A DNA stretch of 64,000 nt, taken from Promethearchaeota archaeon. Its GTDB lineage: Archaea > Asgardarchaeota > Heimdallarchaeia > Hodarchaeales > Hodarchaeaceae. Shown here piece by piece: positions 31,846 through 41,100 of this stretch (within the stretch, counting starts at the first letter, position 1; each line of letters starts with the position of its first letter). The notes under the pieces were generated by a model. The model was not told where the DNA came from. It saw only the letters and a list, made by a program, of their open reading frames with translations, and did not search any database. The translations under genes and the position numbers were made by a program. Location: the NCBI GenBank assembly GCA_048938105.1, contig JBHLMN010000011.1:96001-160000 (forward strand), written 5' to 3'.

Positions 31846-32313
31846 ATGATGGTTGAAATAGATCATGGATTCACCACAGAGATGAAATACGCTGTAGCTG
31901 GAACATTTACTGGGGGACTCTCTAGTAAAATCTATCCTTTGCTTAAAAATGAATGGTATAATGTAAAGAAGGTCTACCCTGTATGTCCTTATAAGACCGA
32001 GTTAAATGGTGATCCTGTTTTCAAATCTCTTAAAGACCTTCCAGAACCAGTTGATGTAGTTATTGTTGTTCATAAGAAAGAAATAACAATTGAAATTGTG
32101 AAGGAAGCATCTACACTAGACCCGAAACCAGCGATCTGGTTTATGCCAAGAACTGATTCAAAGGAAAGCATTGCGATTTGTGAAGAAAATGATATGAAAT
32201 ATGGAATGTCCTGTCTCATGGGCCACAGAGCCATTCCTGGATTCAAACGCTTTATCAATGGTCACTGGTGGCATTCTAAAGTTGGTGGAATGAATCGAAT
32301 TCCTAAACAATAA
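31846..32313 (+). CDS. CoA-binding protein (CoA_binding_2-like)
   Basis: VYPVCP...FKSLKDLPEPVDVVIV...AIWFMP...SCLM. Confidence 0.8.
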   Translation: MMVEIDHGFTTEMKYAVAGTFTGGLSSKIYPLLKNEWYNVKKVYPVCPYKTELNGDPVFKSLKDLPEPVDVVIVVHKKEITIEIVKEASTLDPKPAIWFMPRTDSKESIAICEENDMKYGMSCLMGHRAIPGFKRFINGHWWHSKVGGMNRIPKQ

Positions 32314-32337
32314 GCTCTTCTATAGGAGGAATTCCCT

Positions 32338-32772
32338 TTGAGGATCCTTATTGTTTATTATTCCCAATCAGGAAATACAAAGAAAGTTGTAGACTTAGTT
32401 AAAGAACGTTTAAAAGCTCTTAATCATGATGTAACAGTGAGAAATGCTCTAACTGCAAGGCCAGAACAAGTTTTAGAAAGTGACTTGGTTCTTATTGGCA
32501 CTCCTGTCCACGGTTACATTTTATTTGGTCAGAGGCCTACAAAAGAAGTCTCAGAATTTCTAGAGCAATTACCTCAAGATCTCAAAGAAAAACCAGCTAT
32601 AGGATTTGCTACATATCTATTTTTCCCTTCTAGAGCATTAAATCCTATTAAAAGAGCAATTGAGGCTCGAAATGGAAAAATAATAGGACTAATCGCGCAA
32701 AGAAGGACAAAGAAGAGCATTTTAATGAAAGAAATTGTTGGTTGTATTCAACAACAAGAAGTTAAGGAATAA
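32338..32772 (+). CDS. Flavodoxin family protein
   Basis: IVYYSQSGNTKKV, LIGTPVHG, GFATY; GGAGG before the TTG start. Confidence 0.85.
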   Translation: MRILIVYYSQSGNTKKVVDLVKERLKALNHDVTVRNALTARPEQVLESDLVLIGTPVHGYILFGQRPTKEVSEFLEQLPQDLKEKPAIGFATYLFFPSRALNPIKRAIEARNGKIIGLIAQRRTKKSILMKEIVGCIQQQEVKE

Positions 32773-32774
32773 CA

Positions 32775-33815
32775 TTGAAATCTTGGGATCCAAAAGTACT
32801 GAAGGAATTTGACAAGGAGTCAGACCTCTGTTTGATTACAGGGGCATGTGGTTTTGTTGGATCACATCTAGTTGATATACTAGTTTCTCAGAATATTCCA
32901 GTCCGTGCTACTGATCTTCCAAACGCAACACGGGAATATTTACCTCCTTCTGAAAAAGCAGAGTTCATACCAGTGGATCTCACGCAACCTCAAGAAATTA
33001 AAGGGTTGTTAAAAGGAGTTACTAAAATATTTCACCCTGCAGGAATCTTTCGTTTTAGTGCTCCTACAAAATTGTTGTATAAAGTCAATGTTGAAGGTAC
33101 AACGAATCTTCTGTCGGCAGCTCTCTCTGAAAACATTTCTCATTTTGTGAATTGGAGTACAGCAATGGTCTATGGGACTTTAGAATATACACCTGCAGAT
33201 GAGAACCATCCAATTAAACCTGAAGATCCTTATTCTGAATCTAAATGGATTCAAGAACAAATAGCACAATCTTATTTCGAGGAAAATGGATTACCAGTGA
33301 GTATTTTAAGGCCAACAGCGATTTATGGACCTAGATCTTTATATGGAACATCAAATGCGATAATAGCTCTAGTCAATGGAGAAATATTTGGTATACCTGG
33401 GAATGGAAAGACAATCCAACATCATGTTCATGTAAATGATGTTGTTAGAGCTGCCCTTTTCTTGTCATGTAAGAAGAATACAGTGGGAGAGGTTTTCAAT
33501 GTAGCGGATGATGTCCCAATCTCAATTGAAGATTCATTTCGAATAATAACTGAACTAATAGAGAAGAAACCTCCCAAACTCCACTTCCCAAAATGGTTAG
33601 TTTACCTTTATGGCTATTTTGACCGATTTTGGAATAAACTACTAAGAAAAACTAGCTTATTTGAAAAAACTTCGTTAAGGTTACTCTTTTCAGACCATAT
33701 TTTTGATAATTCTAAGTTGAAGAACCTTGGATTCCAATATGAAATCCCGAGTTTTAAAGAAGGTATTGAAACAACACTTCTTTGGTATAAGCAGCATAAA
33801 TATATCCAATTTTAA
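32775..33815 (+). CDS. NAD-dependent epimerase/dehydratase (extended SDR, 3-beta-HSD-like)
   Basis: LITGACGFVG, VNVEGT, YSESK (YxxxK), LRPTAIYGP, HVNDV. Confidence 0.9.
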   Translation: MKSWDPKVLKEFDKESDLCLITGACGFVGSHLVDILVSQNIPVRATDLPNATREYLPPSEKAEFIPVDLTQPQEIKGLLKGVTKIFHPAGIFRFSAPTKLLYKVNVEGTTNLLSAALSENISHFVNWSTAMVYGTLEYTPADENHPIKPEDPYSESKWIQEQIAQSYFEENGLPVSILRPTAIYGPRSLYGTSNAIIALVNGEIFGIPGNGKTIQHHVHVNDVVRAALFLSCKKNTVGEVFNVADDVPISIEDSFRIITELIEKKPPKLHFPKWLVYLYGYFDRFWNKLLRKTSLFEKTSLRLLFSDHIFDNSKLKNLGFQYEIPSFKEGIETTLLWYKQHKYIQF

Positions 33816-34132
33816 TTTTCTTTTATCATTGTTTCTCTCAATCCTAATAATTCTCCTATAACTATAAAGAGAGGTTCAAGTCCGAATAGAACTGATGCTA
33901 ATAGAGGTTCAAAATCATCTATTGATAATCCAAGAAAGTTAAAAGGAATTATCATGTATTCTTTGCTTCCAGGGATAACATTAAACCAAAGCATCATGCC
34001 ACCAACTTGAAATACGAACAGAATAATAAGTCCGAGAGACCAATTTATTTTCTGGGTGATTTGATGCCTCCTTGTTAAATTTCCTAGTACTATTCCGCAA
34101 ATGAAAAGAAAAGGAAGATCAAAAGCAAACAT
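33812..34132 (-). CDS. Hypothetical membrane protein (3 TM)
   Basis: Hydrophobic 106-aa ORF, convergent with the SDR gene. Confidence 0.6.
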   Translation of the reverse strand: MFAFDLPFLFICGIVLGNLTRRHQITQKINWSLGLIILFVFQVGGMMLWFNVIPGSKEYMIIPFNFLGLSIDDFEPLLASVLFGLEPLFIVIGELLGLRETMIKEN

Positions 34133-34259
34133 AATTGACTCATCTGACCAATGTCTAGAGAGATTATACTATGAACATATTAACCTTACTAAAAAGTGTT
34201 TTTATAATCAAGAACTAAGGCCTTTTTACTGAAAAATAGCTAATGATAGGGAATATCAT

Positions 34260-34901
34260 ATGGAAGCTTGGAATAATGCCTGGAAAACAGAGAAAGGAAG
34301 GGCACATTGGATAGAACCTGATCCATTCATTGTTACCCTGCTACCTAGATTTAAAAAGGAAGGGATTAGAAGGATTCTTGATCTTGGTTTTGGCATAGGC
34401 CGTCACGCTATATATTTTGCGAAGAAAGAATTTGATGTGTATGGAATAGATCCAAGTAGTTCTGGTCTTAAATTCGCAATGAAGTGGGCTGAACAGGAGA
34501 AAATAACTCTAAAATTAATAATAGGTGATATGAACCATATACCATTTATTAATGATTTTTTTGATCTAATTATTGCATGGAATGTTATATATCATGGTAC
34601 TGCTAAAATTATTCATGAAACCCTTAATGAGATAATAAGATGCCTAAAAATCGATGGCTATCTACTTTGTACATTAATATCAACTAAACACAATAAATAT
34701 AGGCTTGGAGAAGAAATTGAGAGAAATACATTTGTGATAGGAGAAGAAGCAGAGAAATCTCATCCTCATCACTATTTTAACAAACAAGAGATAAAGCGAT
34801 ATTTAAGGGGGTTTACTCATATAATATGTGATGACAAAGAGCAGTTTTATCCTGAATTATATCATTGGTACATTTTAACAAGGCTTGGGTCGAAATTTTA
34901 A
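34260..34901 (+). CDS. Class I SAM-dependent methyltransferase (TehB-like)
   Basis: ILDLGFGIGRH, GIDPS, GDM, FDLIIAWNVIYH. Confidence 0.9.
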   Translation: MEAWNNAWKTEKGRAHWIEPDPFIVTLLPRFKKEGIRRILDLGFGIGRHAIYFAKKEFDVYGIDPSSSGLKFAMKWAEQEKITLKLIIGDMNHIPFINDFFDLIIAWNVIYHGTAKIIHETLNEIIRCLKIDGYLLCTLISTKHNKYRLGEEIERNTFVIGEEAEKSHPHHYFNKQEIKRYLRGFTHIICDDKEQFYPELYHWYILTRLGSKF

Positions 34902-35044
34902 GGGTAAATACTACCAGGAATTTACAAATAATATAGCTGCAACGATCCAATTGTTAATTGATCATGCAACATTAAGGACAGAAAATATTGCCAAAGCAAA
35001 AACAGAAATAAGTTGCTACTATTAGATGTTCAATAGGGATCAAA

Positions 35045-35947
35045 ATGTTAACAGGAATCCATTTTCTCCTTACAATGAGTTGTAATTTTGAATGTGATCA
35101 TTGTTTTTTATATTGTAGCCCAAATTTCGAGGGTACTTTTACCCTGAACCAATTGAGAACTGTCCACGATGAATTGAAAAAAATTGGGACAATAGAAATG
35201 GTTTATTATGAAGGTGGTGAACCATTCCTTTTTTACCCCCTCATGTTAGAAGGAATCAAAATGTCTCGTGAGATGGGATTCAAAACTGGGGTAGTAACTA
35301 ATTCTTATTGGGCAACATCTGAGGAAGATGCTGCACTATGGTTGAAACCTCTCTTAGACCTAGGAATCTCGGATGTTAGTGTAAGTAATGATGTCTTTCA
35401 TCACGGAGAAGTTAAAATAAATCCTGCTACAAGAGCCTTAGCGGCTATGAAGCAATTAGACATAGCAGGGGGCGATATATGCATCCAAGAACCTACATTA
35501 GATATTGCTAAGACTCAAGAGAAAGGAGAACCAGTAATTGGTGGGGGAGCGATGTTTAGAGGAAGAGCAGTTGATAAATTAATTACTGATGAATTACCTA
35601 GAAAAAACTGGGAAGAATTTACAGAATGTCCTCATGAGGAATTAGAAACTCCAGCTAGAGTTCATCCCGATCCTTTTGGTAATGTCCATATCTGTCAAGG
35701 ACTTAGTATGGGGAATATGTGGAAAACTCCCCTCTCAGAGCTAGTGAAGAATTATGATGCCAGCTCACATCCTATATGTGGACCATTAGTCAAAGGAGGG
35801 CCAGCGGAGCTAGCAAGAGAATACCAAGTTGAACATGAAGATACTTATGTAGACGCGTGTCACTTCTGTTACTTGCTTCGTAAGTCACTACTTGACAAAT
35901 TCCCTGAATATTTGACTCCTAAGCAAGTGTATGGATTAAACCAGTGA
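35045..35947 (+). CDS. Radical SAM protein
   Basis: CNFECDHC, EGGEPFL, VTNSYWA; C-terminal Cys residues (ECPH, HICQG, CHFC). Confidence 0.9.
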   Translation: MLTGIHFLLTMSCNFECDHCFLYCSPNFEGTFTLNQLRTVHDELKKIGTIEMVYYEGGEPFLFYPLMLEGIKMSREMGFKTGVVTNSYWATSEEDAALWLKPLLDLGISDVSVSNDVFHHGEVKINPATRALAAMKQLDIAGGDICIQEPTLDIAKTQEKGEPVIGGGAMFRGRAVDKLITDELPRKNWEEFTECPHEELETPARVHPDPFGNVHICQGLSMGNMWKTPLSELVKNYDASSHPICGPLVKGGPAELAREYQVEHEDTYVDACHFCYLLRKSLLDKFPEYLTPKQVYGLNQ

Positions 35948-36063
35948 TTCTGTAAAAACATTCCAAAAAAAACTCAAAATCCCCTATATTATCTTAATAT
36001 ATTAGTAAAGTTCAAAAGAGTTCACATCATTCTTCGGGTGAACTGAAAAAATGAATACACATA

Positions 36064-37140
36064 TTGCTATTTGAAGGAATATTATTGCTTAAAGATTTCG
36101 AGGGGTACTTTTTAAATAAAGAAATGAAAACCTACTTCGAGAACTTTAAGTTATATACCTTACAAATGGAAATTAATCAAAAATGTCAACAGAATTGCAT
36201 CTATTGCTATGCTCGTGAGTCACGTGGAGAGGAAATGAACCCAGATTTCATTAAAAGTATTCTCGATGATGCTGCAGACATGGAAGTAAGAAAAATTGAG
36301 TGGTTGGGAGGTGATTGTCTCCTTCATTCCTCATGGGAGGAATTAATGGCATATAGTAAATATGAATATGGACTTATTAACAATATCTGGACCAGTGGAA
36401 ATCAACTCAAAAAATTGTCCGTAGCAGAAAAAACAGTCGAATTATCAAGTGATGGAGGCTTTATTTCCGTCCATCTAGATTCAATCAACCCAGAAATATA
36501 TAGTAAACTCACCAATGGGAACATTCAATATCTAGAGGATACAATGAAAGGAATTGAAAATCTTATAAACTTAGGAAAACCTCCTTCAGAGATATTAAAT
36601 TGCTTAGCATTAACAGGACTCCAAGTAGGAGAAGATTTTAAAAACACAGTACATTACTTCCACGAAAAATTCGGAATACCAGTTACGTTCATAAGCTATA
36701 AACCCACTAGCAAAGATTCCCGTTTATTAATCACGCCTCAACAAATAAGGGAAGCAGAGAGAGAAAAAACTGATATTTGTTTTGGTTCTGATGTACCAAT
36801 CATTCCTCAATGTGTCTCTAAATTTTATTGTGGAACAACAGCATCAATAATACCAGAGGTGGATGACCCAACTACAGGAAATCTAACAGTCTGTTCACGA
36901 ATTCGACAGTCGTTTGGAAAACTCAAATTTGGCCAGTCTTTCAAAGACCAGTTTAATAAAATCAAAGACATACTATTGACGAGAAAACTCAAGGACGTCA
37001 TCAACCTTCCGAAGGATTGTCAACAATGTAAATACAATAATATTTGTTGGGGGTGTCGTAGTAATGCCTGGTATTACGCAGGGGATGTATTTGTTGGAGA
37101 TCCTAGATGCTGGAGACGACTTAAGGATGTTCAGATCTAA
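36064..37140 (+). CDS. Radical SAM/SPASM domain protein (probable start ATG 36124)
   Basis: CQQNCIYC; SPASM Cys pattern CVSKFYCG...VCS...CQQCKYNNICWGCR...DPRCW. Confidence 0.9.
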   Translation: MLFEGILLLKDFEGYFLNKEMKTYFENFKLYTLQMEINQKCQQNCIYCYARESRGEEMNPDFIKSILDDAADMEVRKIEWLGGDCLLHSSWEELMAYSKYEYGLINNIWTSGNQLKKLSVAEKTVELSSDGGFISVHLDSINPEIYSKLTNGNIQYLEDTMKGIENLINLGKPPSEILNCLALTGLQVGEDFKNTVHYFHEKFGIPVTFISYKPTSKDSRLLITPQQIREAEREKTDICFGSDVPIIPQCVSKFYCGTTASIIPEVDDPTTGNLTVCSRIRQSFGKLKFGQSFKDQFNKIKDILLTRKLKDVINLPKDCQQCKYNNICWGCRSNAWYYAGDVFVGDPRCWRRLKDVQI

Positions 37141-38020
37141 TTTTTCTTCAAAAATTCATGAAGAACCTGAAATAAAACCTAACTTTGAAAATTCAGCAGT
37201 ATATAGAATTCATAAAAAAATCAGGAGGAATAGACGAGAATATAAGATCTTTGGAAGAAAAGAACAAGAATTAATGAGTGCAAATGGAGGGTGGAGGACT
37301 TTTGTAAAAGGGTTGATTTTTCTTGGGAATTCCTTACGAATTTTCCTGATAGTTTTGGCAATCATTATCATTGAAACCATTAATCCATATGGAAATTTGA
37401 TTCCCATCAACATTAAAATATATGAATTAAATCCCTTTTTGAATGAAAAATTTATTTTTATTGTGATCCCTACTATTATAATACCTGCTGTGTTGATTCT
37501 TACTGGCGTAATACTATTATTAGATGTATCTATTTTTACAATTCAAGACCATAATAGATTATCAATTGGTGAAATCAGAGGAAATATTCCTTTGTTTGGT
37601 CGAACAAATTGGAAAGTTTTTGGTTTTTCGAAAAAAAATCAGGCTTTTGTGAGACTCCCTGGCTTTAAAATCCTTGAGAAATCAACTTTATTTCATATAG
37701 GCAAAATAGAAACTCCAATTGGATTGTACAAAGCTACTGTGCCATTGAAAATATTACCAACAGATGAATTCAAGGGATATTATGTACCAACTAAGTGTGA
37801 TATCACTGATTCAAATAATAATCTTTGTTTTACAGTTACCTGGGTTAAATATAAACCATTTTTAAGGCAAGTTATAGAATATAGAATTGATTCTCCTATC
37901 CCTATGAGCCCGTTTCTTACTTTTACCATATCAGTATGCCTTATTGAGAAATTCTTAAGTAACTATGAGAATTATGATTTTTCTCAAAGTAATACTTATG
38001 GACTAGATTCATTTCAATAA
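37127..38020 (+). CDS. Membrane protein, LURP-one/scramblase (Tubby-C)-like with two inserted TM helices
   Basis: Repeated beta-strand units (YKIFGRKEQELMSA; FTIQDHNRLSIGEIRG; CDITDSNNNLCFTV) and terminal YRIDSPIPMSPFLTFTISVCLIE helix; ATG 37127 overlaps the SPASM gene. Confidence 0.55.
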   Translation: MFRSNFSSKIHEEPEIKPNFENSAVYRIHKKIRRNRREYKIFGRKEQELMSANGGWRTFVKGLIFLGNSLRIFLIVLAIIIIETINPYGNLIPINIKIYELNPFLNEKFIFIVIPTIIIPAVLILTGVILLLDVSIFTIQDHNRLSIGEIRGNIPLFGRTNWKVFGFSKKNQAFVRLPGFKILEKSTLFHIGKIETPIGLYKATVPLKILPTDEFKGYYVPTKCDITDSNNNLCFTVTWVKYKPFLRQVIEYRIDSPIPMSPFLTFTISVCLIEKFLSNYENYDFSQSNTYGLDSFQ

Positions 38021-38151
38021 AGTCTAACATTATATAGAGTTTCGAGGAGATTCAGGGAAATTTAGTCAGCTGCGAAAAAATTGAAGAATCCTAAAAACAT
38101 TGAAAAAAATTTGATAATCAAGTCATAAATAATACTTGCAGAACAGCAAGA

Positions 38152-41100
38152 TTGGAGCTATTAATCTTGTCCCATCAGCTCTTAAGGGAATCAAGAACCA
38201 GTCATACTACTCCAATTCCGCGTTATATAGGCATTAATATTGGCTCATTAACGATAAAAAGGGTTATTATTGAGCCATATAATATTTCAGTAGATATAAC
38301 ATCTCACAATGGTCTTCCACTTGAAATCTTAAATGACTATTCTAAAGAGATTGGATTTTTTGGCATATCTGGTAAGATCGGTCATATTTCAGAACCAGCA
38401 GCTATTGAAAGAGCACTAAAAGAATTACAAATATCGTGTGACGCTATAATTTCTCTAGGGGCGGAAGTATTCGTGTTATATCTGGTAAATAAAAAAAATG
38501 AGATTTTCAACGTTATCTCACACAATAAATGCGCGGCGGGAAGTGGAGAGTTTTTGTCTCAACAACTTACAAGAATGAAACTATCACTTGAAGATGGGAT
38601 TCCATTAGGATATAAAGGAAAAACTATTCCATTAGCTTCACGCTGTTCTGTACACTGTAAGACAGATATTACTCACAAACTAAATCGTAACGAGGCTACA
38701 AAAGCCGATATTATCTATTCTGTCATTAATAGTATGGTGTGTAAAGTCATTGCTTTAATAGAAAAAAGCCAGTACCAAGTATCTCGAATCCTATTAATAG
38801 GGGGTGGAGTAAAAAATAAGCTATTGATAAAACTTATTCAACAGCAGCTCTTAAGAAAAACATTGATTACTGTACCCGAGAGCATATATTTTGAAGCTTA
38901 TGGAACTGCACTGCTAGTTCAAGACGATCCTAAATTTAAGTCTCCTCATGTGTCAGTAACGCGAACATTTGAAAATTTACCTCCTCTATCTCAATTTCAA
39001 GATTTAATAACTATTAAACAGGCATCAAAAAATCCAAATGCTCCTGGCCCATATATCCTCGGCATTGATGGTGGCTCAACAACAACTAAAGCAGTTATTC
39101 TATCTAAAACTACCAATGAAATCGTTGCTTCTCATTATATGAGAACTGATGGTGATCCTATTCAAGCTACCAGGGATTGTCTAGCAACGATAATCCAAAA
39201 TCATTCTGACTTTCCCATTATAGCTATTGGTACAACAGGCTCCGCTCGCAAGATCATTGGCGCTTTTACTAGAAGTACTTGTGTTATCAATGAAATTTCA
39301 GCGCATGCGCGAGGTGCAGTAGAATTTAATCCCACAGTGGACACGATTTTTGAAATCGGCGGCCAAGATTCAAAGTATATATTTCTTAATCAATCTGTAC
39401 CAATATCTTATGCTATGAATGAAGCATGTTCAGCTGGTACTGGAAGCTTTATTGAAGAAGCAGCTAAAGGGGATCTTAATCTAGATGTTCATAAGATAGC
39501 CAATGTTGCATTTTCTGCACAAGCTCCGGTAAAGTTTAAAGATAATTGTGCGGCGTTTATAAATACTGATATTAGAACAGCTTTACAAGAGGGATATAGC
39601 CAGGCAGATATTGTTGCTGGAGTTATTTACTCCATTGTTAACAATTACTTAATTAAAGTAAAGGGAAAACGTCGTGTTGGCAAGATTATTTTCTTCCAAG
39701 GGGGGGTTGCATTAAACTTAGCCATTTCAAATGCATTTGCTTATGCAACACAACGCCCGATTATTGTACCACCATTCCCAGAACTAATGGGAGCGTATGG
39801 TATCGCATTATTAACAAAAGAGCGACTAGAAAAAGGAAATATTACTAAAGTAAATGTCAACCTCTCTACTTTTATACAAAGATCTTTTCACAAAGTAGGA
39901 AATTTTACTTGTCAATCGTGTACAAACCAATGTATTATTGATAGATTAGAAGTTGATGGAAAAAAATATCCTTTTGGTGGGCGATGTAGCCGATGGGAGC
40001 GAGAATGGCAACAAAAAAGAGCTAGTAGAGAGATTACAGACTATACTCAGCAAAGAAATGACTTCTTATTGAAACAAGAAACAACCACTCTTCCGTCAAA
40101 TGTTCGAGGAACAGTAGGAATTCCAAGAGCGTTAATGAACCATTCACTTTTTCCATTGTTTAACACTTTCTTTAGAGAATTAGGATTTGAAGTAGTACTT
40201 TCTGACACATCACTAAAGGGATCAGAAATAACTGATTCTGCTTTTTGTTACCCCATTGAGATAGCTCACGGAGCCGTCTTTGATCTCATCAATAATAAAA
40301 ATATAGATTTGATTTTTATTCCACATATACAAAAAATGCCTACTTACAAAAAAAACCATGATCATACGCATCTTTGTTATTTTAACCAAGGATTTCCCTA
40401 TATTGCTCAACAAAAATTTGAAGACTCAGCTGTTGAGTTTCTTACTCCAACCTTAAATTTTAGTGGAGGATATACCTCTACTACAGGTTTAATTTCCCTA
40501 TATAATGAGTTAAATGTCACTAAATCAGAAGCTCAAAGTGCATATACTAAAGCTGTTATTCGACAACAAAAAATTGAAAGTGAATTACAAAAAATGGGTA
40601 TGCAAGCTCTACAGAAGGTTATTAACGATTCAAATGACTTGGGAGTCATCCTTGTAGGACGTAGTTACAATGCATTCCCTCCTGAAACATCAATGAATAT
40701 TTCAAAAAAACTGACCAGCCAAGGAATTACAGTTATCCCATTCGATTGTTTAGAACGATATGATAATGAGGAAAATTTCTGGTATTTCAGTAATTTAATC
40801 ATGAATGCTGCTACACTCTCAATCAGATTTCCAAATATTTTTTTACTTTACATTTCGAATTTCAGTTGTGGAATAGATGCTTTCACTCAATTCTTTTTAC
40901 ATAAGGAATTAGGTGAAAAACCATATCTACTACTAGAAATTGATTCTCACACAGCAGACGCAGGTATATTCACACGAGTTGAAGCTTTTATTGAAATTAT
41001 CCGTAATTATTCAAAACAACACGTATCAGTAAAGAAAACACAATTTAATCCCAGCAAAGTTGTTTTCAGAAGCAGCAAAGCATATGTATCAACAAATAAT

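Noticed and set aside
34902-36123. RiPP precursor peptide for the radical SAM/SPASM enzymes
   Set aside because: The intergenic gaps contain only trivial ORFs (e.g. MNTHIAI*); no leader/core-like peptide was seen.
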